In this document: piece by piece, positions 1-9,806 of the stretch
Position numbering within the stretch: position 1 is the stretch's first letter
How the letters are laid out: every line of letters begins with the position of its first letter
From: Bacillota bacterium
GTDB lineage: Bacteria > Bacillota > Clostridia > Christensenellales > CAG-138
Reading direction: 5' to 3'
DNA: 60,764 bases
Assembly: GCA_022707005.1 (NCBI GenBank)
Contig: JAKJBL010000001.1
Span: 9,454 to 70,217 of the forward strand
Made by a program: the position numbers and the translations under genes
The notes under the pieces: model-generated
What the model was told of the DNA's origin: nothing
Database searches by the model: none
Seen by the model: only the letters and a program-made list of their open reading frames with translations

Positions 1-1
1 A

Positions 2-157
2 GCAGGCAATATAGGCGGCGCAGTCGGGCCTGCGCTTATGGGAATAGTGAGCCAGGTTTTCGGGCTTCGCATCGGCCTTATGATGCTCTCGCTCATTTCA
101 GTTGGCGCAGCTGCAATTTTGTTTATTGGCTTAAGAGATAAAAAGAGCTTTACTTAA
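2..157 (+). CDS. C-terminal fragment of a polytopic membrane transporter (MFS-like); the 5' end lies outside the window
   Basis: An open frame runs from the window edge to TAA at 155-157. It reads AGNIGGAVGPALMGIVSQVFGLRIGLMMLSLISVGAAAILFIGLRDKKSFT, which is hydrophobic helices plus a basic tail. It is absent from the ORF track because it has no start. The family is guessed from composition and the sugar-related neighbour. Confidence 0.4.
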   Translation, partial: AGNIGGAVGPALMGIVSQVFGLRIGLMMLSLISVGAAAILFIGLRDKKSFT

Positions 158-596
158 TTACGCCCTTTTGAATAATAACATTCGCATATACGGCTTCTTC
201 GCCTGTCTGCACGATGCAGTAGGCCTTTTTAGCTGCTTCGTAAAACTTAAAGCGTTCATAATAACCAAGTGCAAGAACGCCCCGAGGGTCGAACCTCTTT
301 ACGATTTCTTTGTATTCTTCCCAAATTGGGACTGTCGGCATGTTGTCACTTTTCATTGGCTGCATGAGCATAACGGGAGTTTCAACATAGGAATCGCACG
401 GAATAAGAGTGAGGATAGCCTCTAAGAGCTTAGGTATTCCATGCCCGTCTGCGCGCAGGAACTTGCACCCGCCTTCCTGCGCAAACCGCTTCCCAGGGAA
501 ATTTGCATCTCCAAGCACTATTACATCGCTATGCCCCATTTCACAAAGTGTCAAAATAAGCTCAGGAGAAAGAATCTTAGGTACTCCAAGCAGCAT
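150..596 (-). CDS. fucU: RbsD/FucU family sugar mutarotase (L-fucose mutarotase-like)
   Basis: 148 aa. The N-terminus MLLGVPKILSPELILTLCEMGHSDVIVLGDANFP is typical of FucU/RbsD, and the length fits. No obvious SD precedes the ATG. Confidence 0.8.
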   Translation of the reverse strand: MLLGVPKILSPELILTLCEMGHSDVIVLGDANFPGKRFAQEGGCKFLRADGHGIPKLLEAILTLIPCDSYVETPVMLMQPMKSDNMPTVPIWEEYKEIVKRFDPRGVLALGYYERFKFYEAAKKAYCIVQTGEEAVYANVIIQKGVIK

Positions 597-604
597 AGTA
601 GTTA

Positions 605-643
605 GTGTAAAATAGTTCTGGGTATACCCAGACTATTTTACAC
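605..643. repeat. 39-nt near-perfect inverted repeat (17 bp arms, one bulged T, TATA centre)
   Basis: GTGTAAAATAGTTCTGGG TATA CCCAGACTATTTTACAC, read directly. It lies between the stop of the DtxR-like gene (687) and the fucU start (596). No U-tract follows it on the minus strand. Confidence 0.9.
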
Positions 644-686
644 TGAGCGGATATGGCATTTTAAGGTGGGAGTCTATTGAAGCCCT

Positions 687-1139
687 TTACTCTTTAGATG
701 ATGCTATCTGTTGCTGCATTTGTTCTGCTTTTAGGCGATGATTTAACTTTTCGATATTTTGCACAGTTGCCTTATTAAAAAAATGCTCAATGAGCTCAAC
801 CTGTTTAAGCTCCTGCTTTGTGCCGTTAATAAGGCACAGGAAGTCGTGGAGCACGTCATGCCTGTAAAGCAGATACGCGCCCTCTGCTTCGCCTAAAGGC
901 GTAAGCCTCAAATAAGCATAGGGCTTGTAGTCCAAAAAGCCGCGCTCAGCAAGCTGACCTATCATTTTCGTAACAGAGGAGGGTCTTACATTAAGCGCCC
1001 TTGCGAGCGTCTGCACGCGTACTGCAGGCTCGTGCTTTAAAAGCCTGCATATCATTTCAAGGTAATCTTCCATTGTGCGTGTGAGCGCGCGCTTTTCAAT
1101 GCGCTCATAGCCATCCAATGTTCTAAACTCGCTGTTCAT
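687..1139 (-). CDS. DtxR/MntR family metal-dependent transcriptional repressor
   Basis: 150 aa. The N-terminal winged-helix region (TMEDYLEMICRL...VRVQTLARALNVRPSSVTKMIGQLAERGFL) is followed by a dimerisation/metal-binding region (LRLTPLGEAEGAYLLYRHDVLHDFL). It is divergent from feoAB. SD GAGAGG lies upstream. Confidence 0.85.
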   Translation of the reverse strand: MNSEFRTLDGYERIEKRALTRTMEDYLEMICRLLKHEPAVRVQTLARALNVRPSSVTKMIGQLAERGFLDYKPYAYLRLTPLGEAEGAYLLYRHDVLHDFLCLINGTKQELKQVELIEHFFNKATVQNIEKLNHRLKAEQMQQQIASSKE

Positions 1140-1195
1140 ATCCGCCTCTCACGCTTTTTAGCCTGCCTGCATATTATTGTGTACAGGAAAGATTA

Positions 1196-1209
1196 TTGCA
1201 CTAGTGCAA
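1196..1209. promoter_or_regulatory. Perfect 14-bp palindrome TTGCACTAGTGCAA, a candidate metalloregulator operator in front of feoA
   Basis: Read directly. It sits about 10 nt upstream of the feoA SD (AAAGGAGGTG), in the divergent dtxR-like/feoAB intergenic region. Confidence 0.5.
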
Positions 1210-1232
1210 CATATGAAAGGAGGTGCTAAAGT

Positions 1233-1469
1233 ATGATGGAAAGCCTTTTGTGCGTACCATTTGGCATGTCTGTAAAGGTAGGGGTCCTAAACGCTGCAGG
1301 CGCATGCAGAAGGCGCTTGCTCGACCTGGGGCTGACCCCGGGCGCATATACAACATGCCTTTATGCAGCGCCCTCAGGAAATCCGAAGGCGTATTTAATA
1401 CGCGGCGCAATTATAGCGCTTAGAAACGAAGATGCGGGCTTAGTGGGGCTCGAACCCATAAAGGAGTAA
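1233..1469 (+). CDS. feoA: FeoA family ferrous iron transport protein
   Basis: 78 aa SH3-like small protein (VKVGVLNA...RRRLLDLGLTPGAYTTCLYAAPSGNPKAYLIRGAIIALRNEDA). It lies immediately upstream of feoB and has a strong SD. Confidence 0.85.
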   Translation: MMESLLCVPFGMSVKVGVLNAAGACRRRLLDLGLTPGAYTTCLYAAPSGNPKAYLIRGAIIALRNEDAGLVGLEPIKE

Positions 1470-1472
1470 CAA

Positions 1473-3623
1473 GTGGAAGCTGCAGGCGTTTGTTTTAACA
1501 AACAAAAGCAACCAAAGATAAAGGCGCAAAGCCATATTGTAGCACTTTTAGGCAACCCGAATGTAGGAAAAAGCACGATTTTTAATGCGCTTACAGGTAT
1601 GCGCCAGCATACCGGCAACTGGCCCGGGAAAACTGTAGAAAATTGCCGGGGAAATTTTTTGTATAATGGCGCAGCTTATGAGCTTGTTGATTTGCCCGGC
1701 ACCTATTCGCTTATGGCTTCCTCAGAGGAAGAAAAAATAGCGTGCGATTTCCTCTGCAATGGCGATATGACATCTTCGTATGAAGCTTTTTATGATGCTG
1801 CTGTGGTAGTATGCGACGCGACATGCCTTGAGCGCAATTTAAACCTTGTGCTGCAGACGCTTGAAATAACGCCAAGAGTAGTCGTATGCCTTAACCTTAT
1901 GGATGAAGCTAAAAAAAAGGGAATCTCAATTAACCTCGAAAAGCTCGAACAATGCCTCGGTGTACCTGTTGCAGCTACAACTGCAACAGCAAAACATGGG
2001 CTAAAGGGGCTGTTGAATAAAGTTGAAATGGTTTGCTGCGGATATATTCCAAAGCCCCTGTATGTGACCTATGACGAGCCTATTGAGGAAGCTGCAAAGC
2101 TTGTTGAAGAAACTCTTGCTAATGCAAAAATTAAGGTTAATAGCCGCTTTGCAGCATTAAGGCTGCTCCAACATGAGATTTCTTCCTCTGAAAACCTTGA
2201 TGAGCTTTTGGGCATTTCGCTTTCAGCCCATGAGGAGCTAAATGCAGCGCTTATACAAGCGCGGCGCTTGCTCAGCAAAGAAGGCTATAGCGAGCTTCGC
2301 ATAAAAGACAGATTGGTAGCAGGGATTTTTGCCCATGCAGAGCGGATTTATAAAGAAACTGTAACGCATGAGGCGCTTACGTATTTGAAGGGTCAGCTCA
2401 AGGCAGACCGTATCTTAACAGGCAGGTGGTCCGGGGCTGTAATTATGCTCCTTCTGCTTGCGGTTGTGTTTTATATTACGCTTGTTGGAGCGAACTATCC
2501 TTCAATGCTTATTTCAGGCGCTCTAACCTATGTAGAGACGCAGCTTCTCAACTTAGCCGCATATATAGAGGCGCCGAAGTGGCTTTCGGATGCTCTGATT
2601 TTAGGCATGTTTCGCGTGCTTTCGTGGGTTGTATCAGTAATGCTCCCGCCTATGGCGCTCTTTTTTCCGCTTTTTACACTGCTTGAGGATTTGGGCTATC
2701 TCCCGCGGGTCGCTTTCAATCTTGATAACAGCTTCAGGCGCGCAAATGCGTGCGGCAAGCAAAGCCTTACCATGTGCATGGGGCTTGGCTGCAACGCTGC
2801 AGGGGTAATTGGCTGCAGAATCATAAACAGCCCGCGCGAACGGCTAATAGCAATACTCACGAACAATTTTGTGCCATGCAACGGCCGCTTCCCAACGCTT
2901 ATAGCAATTATAAGCATGTTTTTTATAAGTGCTTCAGCACGCTACGCAAATTCGCTGCTTGCTGCACTTATGCTCACAGGCTTTATTGCGCTTGGCATTT
3001 GGCTGACCTTTGTTTCTTCAAAGCTGCTTTCTAAAACTCTGCTTCGCGGAATTCCGTCCTCGTTTGCGCTTGAGCTGCCGCCGTATAGAGTGCCCCAGGT
3101 CGCAAAGGTGCTTTTGCGCTCCCTGTTTGAGCGCACTCTGTTTGTGCTTGGCCGCGCTGCGCTCGTTGCTGCGCCTATGGGGCTATTTATTTGGCTGCTT
3201 GCGAATATCCGCGTAGAAGGGCTTGCGCTGCTTAAATACTGTACAGCGTTTCTTGATGCCCCTGCGCGCATTTTCGGGCTTGATGGGGCAATACTTATGG
3301 CCTTCATTTTAGGGCTGCCTGCAAACGAAATAGTTATGCCGCTGCTTATTATGACTTATCTTTCAGAAGGCGCGCTGCTTGAACTTGACTCGCTTCTTGC
3401 CTTTAAGACGCTCCTTCTCGAAAACGGGTGGACATGGATAACAGCGCTTTGCACAATGCTGTTTACGCTTTTGCATTGGCCTTGTTCAACTGCGCTTATA
3501 ACTATTTGGAAGGAAACAAAAAGCCTTAAATGGACTGTTGTTGCGTTCCTTTTGCCAACTGCGTTCGGTCTTGCGCTTTGCGCGGCAGTTGCAGCTTTAG
3601 GCCGTGCATTCGGGATAAACTGA
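1473..3623 (+). CDS. feoB: Ferrous iron transporter FeoB (N-terminal G-domain plus polytopic permease)
   Basis: 716 aa. The G1 motif LLGNPNVGKSTIFNALTG and DLPGTYSL are followed by a long hydrophobic permease. The GTG start lies 6 nt after AAGGAG, inside the feoA 3' end. Confidence 0.95.
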   Translation: MEAAGVCFNKQKQPKIKAQSHIVALLGNPNVGKSTIFNALTGMRQHTGNWPGKTVENCRGNFLYNGAAYELVDLPGTYSLMASSEEEKIACDFLCNGDMTSSYEAFYDAAVVVCDATCLERNLNLVLQTLEITPRVVVCLNLMDEAKKKGISINLEKLEQCLGVPVAATTATAKHGLKGLLNKVEMVCCGYIPKPLYVTYDEPIEEAAKLVEETLANAKIKVNSRFAALRLLQHEISSSENLDELLGISLSAHEELNAALIQARRLLSKEGYSELRIKDRLVAGIFAHAERIYKETVTHEALTYLKGQLKADRILTGRWSGAVIMLLLLAVVFYITLVGANYPSMLISGALTYVETQLLNLAAYIEAPKWLSDALILGMFRVLSWVVSVMLPPMALFFPLFTLLEDLGYLPRVAFNLDNSFRRANACGKQSLTMCMGLGCNAAGVIGCRIINSPRERLIAILTNNFVPCNGRFPTLIAIISMFFISASARYANSLLAALMLTGFIALGIWLTFVSSKLLSKTLLRGIPSSFALELPPYRVPQVAKVLLRSLFERTLFVLGRAALVAAPMGLFIWLLANIRVEGLALLKYCTAFLDAPARIFGLDGAILMAFILGLPANEIVMPLLIMTYLSEGALLELDSLLAFKTLLLENGWTWITALCTMLFTLLHWPCSTALITIWKETKSLKWTVVAFLLPTAFGLALCAAVAALGRAFGIN

Positions 3624-3647
3624 GTATAGAAAAGCGTGTTAAAACAA

Positions 3648-3675
3648 AAGTACCCCCGCAAAAACGGGGGTACTT
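3648..3675. terminator. Bidirectional intrinsic terminator between the convergent feoB and fhs genes
   Basis: AAGTACCCCCG CAAAAA CGGGGGTACTT forms an 11-bp stem. On the minus strand it is followed by TTTGTTTT (fhs side); on the plus strand by GGGGGTTTT. Confidence 0.7.
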
Positions 3676-3687
3676 GGGGGTTTTAGC

Positions 3688-5358
3688 TTAAAACAGACCG
3701 CCTATTCTGCCTTCGCTGTCTATGTCGATATTTTCTGCAGCAGGTACCTTGGGAAGCCCCGGCATAGTCATAATATCGCCGGCTAAGGCTATAATGAAGC
3801 CTGCGCCTGCGCTCACCTTAAGGTTTCGAATAGTAACCTCAAACCCCCTCGGAGCCCCAAGCAGCAGCGGATTATCCGAAAAACTGTACTGCGTTTTTGC
3901 CATGCAAATCGGAAGTTCGGAAAACCCAAGCTTTGTAAGCTGCTCAAGCTGCTTTTTTGCAGCAGGCAGAAGCTGTACGCCCTCGCCGTGATAAATATTT
4001 TTAACTATGCGCTCAAGTTTTTCAAGTATAGGGAGTGAAAGCTCATAGCTGAAATTAAACTCGCTCTTTTGTTCGCATACGCGCACGACTTCCTCTGCTA
4101 AAGCAGCCCCGCCTTCGCCGCCTTTTGCCCACACCTCTGTAAGCACTGCGTTAACGCCAAGCGCTTTGCATTTTTCTTCTGCAAGTGCAAGTTCAGCTTC
4201 TGTATCAGTCGGGAAGCGGTTGAGTGCAACAACGCACGGTAGCCCAAATACGGTTTGTATGTTTTCAAGATGCTGCAAAAGGTTTGGAAGCCCCTTTTCA
4301 AGTGCATTAAGGTTCTCTTTTGTAAGCGAGTCTTTTGCTACGCCTCCATGGTGCTTAAGCGCGCGGATTGTCGCAACTACAACAACAGCGCTTGGAGTTA
4401 AGCCTGCTAAGCGGCATTTAATATCGAAAAACTTCTCAGCGCCAAGGTCAGCGCCGAACCCTGCTTCTGTTACTGCATAGTCGCCAAGCTTAAGCGCTGT
4501 TTTTGTCGCAATAATTGAGTTGCACCCATGCGCTATGTTTGCAAATGGGCCGCCGTGGATGAGCGCAGGCGTACCCTCAAGTGTTTGCACAAGGTTGGGC
4601 TTTAGCGCATCTTTTAAAAGCGCTGCCATAGCGCCTTGCGCCTTGAGCTGGCCCGCAGTAACAGGCTCATTGTCAAATGTATAGCCGACTATAATGCGCG
4701 AGAGCTTTTCTTTAAGCACAGTGATGTTTTCGGATAGGCACAAAAGCGCCATTACTTCAGAGGCTACAGTTATATCAAACCCATCCTCGCGGGGCATGCC
4801 TCCGACATTTCCAAGCCCGCAGACAATTGAGCGAAGCTGCCTGTCGTTCATATCAACACAGCGGCGCCATGTAATTTTCCTCGGGTCGAGCCTTAAGCTG
4901 TTGCCCTGGAAGATATGGTTGTCTATCATTGCGCAAAGCAGATTGTTTGCAGCGCCGACAGCGTGAAAATCCCCTGTAAAATGCAGGTTAATATCCTGCA
5001 TTGGCAGCACCTGCGCATAGCCGCCGCCTGCTGCTCCGCCCTTTACGCCAAACACAGGGCCTAAGGAAGGCTCCCTGAGCGCAAGCGCAGAGCGTTTACC
5101 GATTTTTCTTAAAGCATCAGCGAGACCTACTGTTATTGTTGTTTTGCCTTCGCCTGCAGGCGTAGGCGTAATCGCGCTTACAAGTATGAGCTTGCCGTCT
5201 TTAAGCTTAGTTTTGTTCAGGAAAGAGCCGTCAATTTTTGCTTTGTACTTTCCGTAGCATTCGAGATATTCATCCTCAATACCTGCATTTTTAGCAATAT
5301 CGCGAATATCCTGCATTTTAGCGGCCTGGCTTATTTCGATGTCAGAGGGAAAGGGCAT
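3688..5358 (-). CDS. fhs: Formate--tetrahydrofolate ligase
   Basis: It carries the [11 protein letters not shown]-loop, and the remaining conserved blocks are typical of Fhs. I place the start at the ATG at 5358 ([11 protein letters not shown], 556 aa) because GAGGTGG lies 8 nt upstream. The ORF track extends to 5418. Confidence 0.95.
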   Translation of the reverse strand: MPFPSDIEISQAAKMQDIRDIAKNAGIEDEYLECYGKYKAKIDGSFLNKTKLKDGKLILVSAITPTPAGEGKTTITVGLADALRKIGKRSALALREPSLGPVFGVKGGAAGGGYAQVLPMQDINLHFTGDFHAVGAANNLLCAMIDNHIFQGNSLRLDPRKITWRRCVDMNDRQLRSIVCGLGNVGGMPREDGFDITVASEVMALLCLSENITVLKEKLSRIIVGYTFDNEPVTAGQLKAQGAMAALLKDALKPNLVQTLEGTPALIHGGPFANIAHGCNSIIATKTALKLGDYAVTEAGFGADLGAEKFFDIKCRLAGLTPSAVVVVATIRALKHHGGVAKDSLTKENLNALEKGLPNLLQHLENIQTVFGLPCVVALNRFPTDTEAELALAEEKCKALGVNAVLTEVWAKGGEGGAALAEEVVRVCEQKSEFNFSYELSLPILEKLERIVKNIYHGEGVQLLPAAKKQLEQLTKLGFSELPICMAKTQYSFSDNPLLLGAPRGFEVTIRNLKVSAGAGFIIALAGDIMTMPGLPKVPAAENIDIDSEGRIGGLF

Positions 5359-5544
5359 ATATTTGTACCACCTCATCTTAAACTTCTGTACGCCGGTGCT
5401 TAATTTACTCAGCGGCATACCCTGCCTAATAACCTAACATAAAACTTGTTTGATTACAATAATAAGCAGCTGAACTTAGCATAAAGAGGCAGATTGGCTA
5501 TTTAGTGCGCTGTGTAAATACGCTGCTGCCTATGCCTCATGCGC

Positions 5545-5574
5545 TTGACAACCAAGCGCTGCATACACTACTAT
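5545..5574 (+). promoter_or_regulatory. Sigma-70-like promoter for cysS (TTGACA-18-TACTAT)
   Basis: The -35 TTGACA is at 5545-5550 and the -10 TACTAT at 5569-5574. This leaves about a 20 nt 5' UTR containing GGAGG before the ATG at 5600. Confidence 0.5.
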
Positions 5575-5599
5575 ACAAGTGAGAAACTGGAGGTTTACA

Positions 5600-6988
5600 A
5601 TGCAGGTTTATAATACGCTGACACGCAAAAAAGAGGATTTTATTCCTGTTAAAGAAGGCAAGGTAAGCATTTACGCTTGCGGGCCCACTGTATACAACTT
5701 CTTCCATATAGGCAATGCGCGGCCGTTCATTGTTTTTGATACTCTGCGCAGATATTTTGAATACCGCGGCTATGAGGTCACCTTCATTCAAAATTTTACT
5801 GATATTGACGATAAAATGATTCGCAGAGCAAATGAAGAAGGCATAACAGTGCGCGAGTTGAGCGAGCGGTTCATACGCGAATACTATATTGACGCAGATG
5901 CGCTTGGCGTGCGCCGCGCAACTAAAAATCCGCGTGCAACAGAGCATATAGACGACATAATCGAAATTGTTAAGGCTTTGCTTGAAAAGGGGCACGCTTA
6001 TGTAACTGAAGATAATGACGTGTATTTTTCCGTACGGAGCTTTCCTGCATACGGCAGGCTTTCAGGCCAAAGCATTGACGATTTAGAAAGCGGCAGCAGG
6101 GTTGACCCCGGTGAGCAAAAACAGGATCCGCTCGATTTCGCTTTGTGGAAGGCACAAAAACCGGGTGAACCTGCATGGGAAAGCCCCTGGGGCTTAGGCC
6201 GCCCAGGCTGGCATATTGAATGCTCTGCTATGAGCATGAAGCTTTTGGGCGAAACCTTCGATATTCACGCAGGCGGGCAGGATTTAATCTTCCCTCACCA
6301 TGAAAACGAAATTGCCCAAAGCGAGGCTGCAACAGGCAAACCTTTCGCCAAATATTGGATGCATAATGGCTATATAAACGTAAACAACCAGAAGATGTCA
6401 AAGAGCCTCAATAACTTCTTCACAGTGCGTGAAATTGCAGCTGAATATGAGCTTGAGGCTGTGCGGCTGTTTATGCTAAGCGCGCATTACAGGAGCCCTG
6501 TGAACTTTTCGCGCGAGCTTATAGAGCAGGCGCATGCAGCGCTGAGCAGGCTTAAAACTGCAAAGAGCAGGCTTGAAGAAGCGCAGGTTGGCCCGGCAAC
6601 TAATGAAGACGAAGCTTTTGTGAGCGGGCTTGCTGCCTATAAAAAAGCGTTTTGCGAAGCTATGGATGACGACCTTAATACAGCCGATGCACTTGGCACC
6701 CTTTTTGAGCTTGCACGCGCGTGCAATACATTTGTGAGCGAGCCGCGCTCAAAAGAAGCGCTTGAAGCAGGCAGGAACCTTTTTAATGAGCTTTCCGGTG
6801 TGTTGGGGCTGCTTGAAGGCTCTGTTGAAGAAGAATTTCCAAAAGAGGCGCTAAACCTCGTAAAAGAGCGCGAAAATGCGCGCCTAAATAAGGACTGGGC
6901 AGAAGCTGACGCTCTGCGCGAGGCTCTAAAGCAAATGGGCTACACTGTTGAAGACACAAAGCAGGGTCCAAAACTAAAGGCGCTTTAA
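5600..6988 (+). CDS. cysS: Cysteine--tRNA ligase
   Basis: It has the class I motifs HIGNARP (HIGH) and KMSKS, and begins [14 protein letters not shown]. The start at 5600 is supported by GGAGG; the ORF track begins at a GTG at 5579. Confidence 0.95.
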   Translation: MQVYNTLTRKKEDFIPVKEGKVSIYACGPTVYNFFHIGNARPFIVFDTLRRYFEYRGYEVTFIQNFTDIDDKMIRRANEEGITVRELSERFIREYYIDADALGVRRATKNPRATEHIDDIIEIVKALLEKGHAYVTEDNDVYFSVRSFPAYGRLSGQSIDDLESGSRVDPGEQKQDPLDFALWKAQKPGEPAWESPWGLGRPGWHIECSAMSMKLLGETFDIHAGGQDLIFPHHENEIAQSEAATGKPFAKYWMHNGYINVNNQKMSKSLNNFFTVREIAAEYELEAVRLFMLSAHYRSPVNFSRELIEQAHAALSRLKTAKSRLEEAQVGPATNEDEAFVSGLAAYKKAFCEAMDDDLNTADALGTLFELARACNTFVSEPRSKEALEAGRNLFNELSGVLGLLEGSVEEEFPKEALNLVKERENARLNKDWAEADALREALKQMGYTVEDTKQGPKLKAL

Positions 6989-7015
6989 GATTGCATTTTT
7001 ATATTGCTGCGCAAT

Positions 7016-7049
7016 ATGCAGGGGCGATTAATAACCGCCCCCGCATTTT
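7016..7049 (+). terminator. Intrinsic terminator after cysS
   Basis: ATGCAGGGGCG (loop ATTAATAAC) CGCCCCCGCAT forms an 11-bp stem with one mismatch, followed by TTTA. Confidence 0.6.
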
Positions 7050-7086
7050 ATAGTCAGCATATTTGCATAATTGCAGACCGATTTTC

Positions 7087-7668
7087 TTATAAAACAGCTT
7101 TTACAGCAGAATAGAGCAAAAGCAGCGACATGCCTATGCTTAGGGGGAGCCTGTATTTAGCATATACGTTTTTAATGGAATTGCCGAAAACCGCCCAAAT
7201 CAGAGTACAGCTGAACATAATAGCAAGAGTTATAACTGACCAAAACAAAATATCGAGCATTTTAGTCGTATAGGGCACGACGTACAGCGAAAACAGAGTA
7301 AGCCCCATAATCCAGCTTTTCATATTGAGCGCCTGAAGCAGGATTCCGCCCATAAATGTGGCTGCAACCATTGGCTTTTCCGGCTGCTCCTTTTTTCCGG
7401 AAAGAAAGATGCTTACAGCAAGGTAAACAAGATATGCTGCACCTACCCATTTAAGAATTGGCACAAGCCCCGGAACAAGAGATGCAAGCGCAATGTTTAA
7501 AAGCCCGCAAAGAAGCATTTTTACGAAAAACCCGCTCATTGTGCCAAACAGGTACCCGCGCGCGCCCCGTATGCCGAGTGTAGCTGAGGTATAAAGCGCC
7601 ATAAAGTTGCTTGGTCCTGGCGTTATCCCCTGTATGAGCACATAAATAAGCAGTGCGGAAATATCCAT
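7087..7668 (-). CDS. LysE/RhtB family amino acid exporter
   Basis: MDISALLIYVLIQGITPGPSNFMALYTSATLGIRGARGYLFG matches the LysE-type N-terminus, and the protein is about 6 TM. I place the start at 7668 (GGAGGCG lies 10 nt upstream). The ORF track extends to 7704. Confidence 0.75.
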   Translation of the reverse strand: MDISALLIYVLIQGITPGPSNFMALYTSATLGIRGARGYLFGTMSGFFVKMLLCGLLNIALASLVPGLVPILKWVGAAYLVYLAVSIFLSGKKEQPEKPMVAATFMGGILLQALNMKSWIMGLTLFSLYVVPYTTKMLDILFWSVITLAIMFSCTLIWAVFGNSIKNVYAKYRLPLSIGMSLLLLYSAVKAVL

Positions 7669-7731
7669 TGTATCATTTCGCCTCCAATGCATAACTTTGT
7701 ACATTATAACACAGCAGGCGTAAAAAGTGTA

Positions 7732-8748
7732 TTACGGTGCCCAACGCAAAGCCGGCGCTAGGGCAGGCTGTGACTGAGACTCCTCCTCTTGAACAACTTC
7801 AACTATTGCCTTAGCAAGATAGGGCACTGCATTTAGCGCCTGCTCAAGCGTATTTTTATGGTCACCTACTTCAACAAGCAGGCATTGGCTTGAAATATGC
7901 TGGTTGTAGCGGCTGGTTTTTACGCGGACATTGCGCACAAGCTCCTCATGGTAGCTTGCAAGCCTATTAGTAATTGCAAGCGCAAGCGCGTAGTTGCTTT
8001 TATAATCGGGCATTTCCTTAAAGCCTGTGCCTGTTGCGCCTTCGCCTGTGCCAACTACAAACATAAGCCGCGCTACCTGCTTGCCGCCTAAGTCAACATA
8101 CATGCCGTTGCCTGCATCGCGATGCACATCAATGAACATTACAAGCGACGGGTATTGCTCCTTATAGCGCTTCATCGTAATTTCAGAACGCGTATATGAG
8201 GTTGAAAGTTTTGGCGGCTCATGGTCGCTTTTATCATGGAGCACATTGCAGCCGTATTTTTCAGAGAGAATTTTAGCTAAGAGCTCGCCAACAGCAATTA
8301 CGCTTGCGCTTTGGTCATAAGTACGGTAACTTTTGCTTTCTTCGTATTTATATGTGCCGCTCATTTTATAAGCTTCTGTATTGTGAGTGTGGTAAATGAG
8401 TATGCGCGGCTCATTCCCGCCAAGCTTTAAAGTTTGGGGCTGTTTTGGCGTAAGCACCTCTATGCGCACTTTTTCGCTTACGCCTTCATCAACCTCTACG
8501 CGTATGCTTATAGGCGGGAGCTCCGCTGTATTTGTATACGGCGCCCCGTAAACAGCTGGTAATCCCATAAGCAAGAGACGCCTTGCCGCAGAACCGCTGC
8601 TTAAGAGCAAAAGCACACCAAGGCAAGCAATAATCCCGCCTGCTGCGAGCAGGCGCAAATGAAGCACAGATAGGTGCGGCCTGTTTCTGCTGCTGTTTTT
8701 TGCTGACTTTTTTGTTTTGCGTTTATACTTTGTCCGCTTCCCGTCCAT
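7732..8748 (-). CDS. spoIIP: Stage II sporulation protein P
   Basis: It has an N-terminal basic segment plus a TM, then ILIYHTHNTEAY and MFIDVHRD blocks characteristic of the SpoIIP amidase-like domain. It sits next to gpr, as in many endospore formers. Confidence 0.85.
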   Translation of the reverse strand: MDGKRTKYKRKTKKSAKNSSRNRPHLSVLHLRLLAAGGIIACLGVLLLLSSGSAARRLLLMGLPAVYGAPYTNTAELPPISIRVEVDEGVSEKVRIEVLTPKQPQTLKLGGNEPRILIYHTHNTEAYKMSGTYKYEESKSYRTYDQSASVIAVGELLAKILSEKYGCNVLHDKSDHEPPKLSTSYTRSEITMKRYKEQYPSLVMFIDVHRDAGNGMYVDLGGKQVARLMFVVGTGEGATGTGFKEMPDYKSNYALALAITNRLASYHEELVRNVRVKTSRYNQHISSQCLLVEVGDHKNTLEQALNAVPYLAKAIVEVVQEEESQSQPALAPALRWAP

Positions 8749-8795
8749 ATAGTAGCGTATGCTGTTTATAAGGCAGCTATGACGGGTTGACAGGG

Positions 8796-9722
8796 CTAGG
8801 CCATCAGCTCCTCAACCTTAGAAAAATAAGGTCTGTGCAGCGCGAGGTTTATGCCTTTTGCAAGGATGCCCGCCATGTCAGAGACAATTGTGTCAATTTC
8901 CTTGGGCGTTACAATCATTGGGCCAAAATGCTCGCTTATTACCTGCTCTGCAAGGCGGAGCATTCTGTCTTCTTCCTTGTGCATGCCTGTTTCACTTGCA
9001 ATAAGGCTTATTGTATCTTGAGAAATCGTGGTAGCAAGCACAACAGTAGGCACGCCGATTGCAACAACAGGTACGCCGAGCGTATCCTTTGAAATGCTTC
9101 GCCTGCCCGTGTTGCCTACGCCAGAGCCAGGGTGGATGCCTGTATCTGTAAGCTGTATTGTTGTGCTTATTCTGCCTGCGCGGCGTGAGGCGAGTGCGTC
9201 TATTGCAATAACTGCAGCAGGTTTTACGCGTTCAACGACTCCGCGCAGAATTTCTTCGGTTTCTACGCCGGTAGTCCCCATAACACCTGGCGCTACTGCA
9301 GCAACAGGGCGCATGGGTTCGCCTATAATATCAGGCAGGTGTTCTGTGATATGCCTTGTTACAAAGGTTTTTTCCACAACTCTTGAGCCTAAGGCATCAG
9401 GTGTTATATATCTGTTGCCAAGGCCGACAACAAGCACTCCGCCTTCTGCTGCGCCTTCAGGCAGGAGCAGTTCGATTTCTTGTGAGAGCACCTCTGAAAC
9501 CTTCTTGAACATATCTGTGTTGCGCTCTATAAGCCGCGGCGCATCAATTGTTACATACTTGCCCATTGGTTTTCCCAAGGTGTTTGCAGCGCTTATGCTC
9601 TCTACCTCTATCCGCGAAATTTCGATATCATCATACTTTTCTTCCTGCTCGGTTACACCCGGAAGGTCAGGGTTTATTTCGCGCGCCTCACGCGCAAGGT
9701 CTGTGTATATATTGCTTTGCAT
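8796..9722 (-). CDS. gpr: Germination protease (GPR endopeptidase)
   Basis: 308 aa. YTDLAREA near the N-terminus, GLGNRYITPDALG, and the IAIDALASR and GVPTV blocks are typical of GPR. Confidence 0.9.
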   Translation of the reverse strand: MQSNIYTDLAREAREINPDLPGVTEQEEKYDDIEISRIEVESISAANTLGKPMGKYVTIDAPRLIERNTDMFKKVSEVLSQEIELLLPEGAAEGGVLVVGLGNRYITPDALGSRVVEKTFVTRHITEHLPDIIGEPMRPVAAVAPGVMGTTGVETEEILRGVVERVKPAAVIAIDALASRRAGRISTTIQLTDTGIHPGSGVGNTGRRSISKDTLGVPVVAIGVPTVVLATTISQDTISLIASETGMHKEEDRMLRLAEQVISEHFGPMIVTPKEIDTIVSDMAGILAKGINLALHRPYFSKVEELMA

Positions 9723-9741
9723 GGCTTTATGCTCCTAAAAT

Positions 9742-9779
9742 AAACTAATACCCCGCACTTATGGCCGGGGTATTAGTTT
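9742..9779 (-). terminator. Intrinsic terminator downstream of livF
   Basis: AAACTAATACCCCG ... CGGGGTATTAGTTT forms a perfect 14-bp stem. The minus-strand reading is followed by ATTTTAGG. Confidence 0.7.
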
Positions 9780-9806
9780 TGCCTTTTATATAAGTTTTAT
9801 GTAGCT

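Noticed and set aside
5359-5540. A ZTP (pfl) riboswitch upstream of fhs
   Set aside because: fhs is a common ZTP-regulated gene, but the minus-strand leader lacks the GGGTCGTGACTGGCG and CCGCCTGGGC modules.
9028-9738. A 236-aa ORF antisense to gpr. Similar long antisense ORFs occur at 42266-43009 (rnfC), 35096-35692 (MinD-like), 59422-60054 (tyrS/yigZ), 46479-47048 (rnfB/DUF1846) and 5537-5995 (cysS).
   Set aside because: Each lies entirely within a confidently assigned gene on the other strand. The products are low-complexity and Ser/Pro/Ala/Arg-rich with no motifs, and no SD precedes them. They are a typical by-product of codon bias, not genes.
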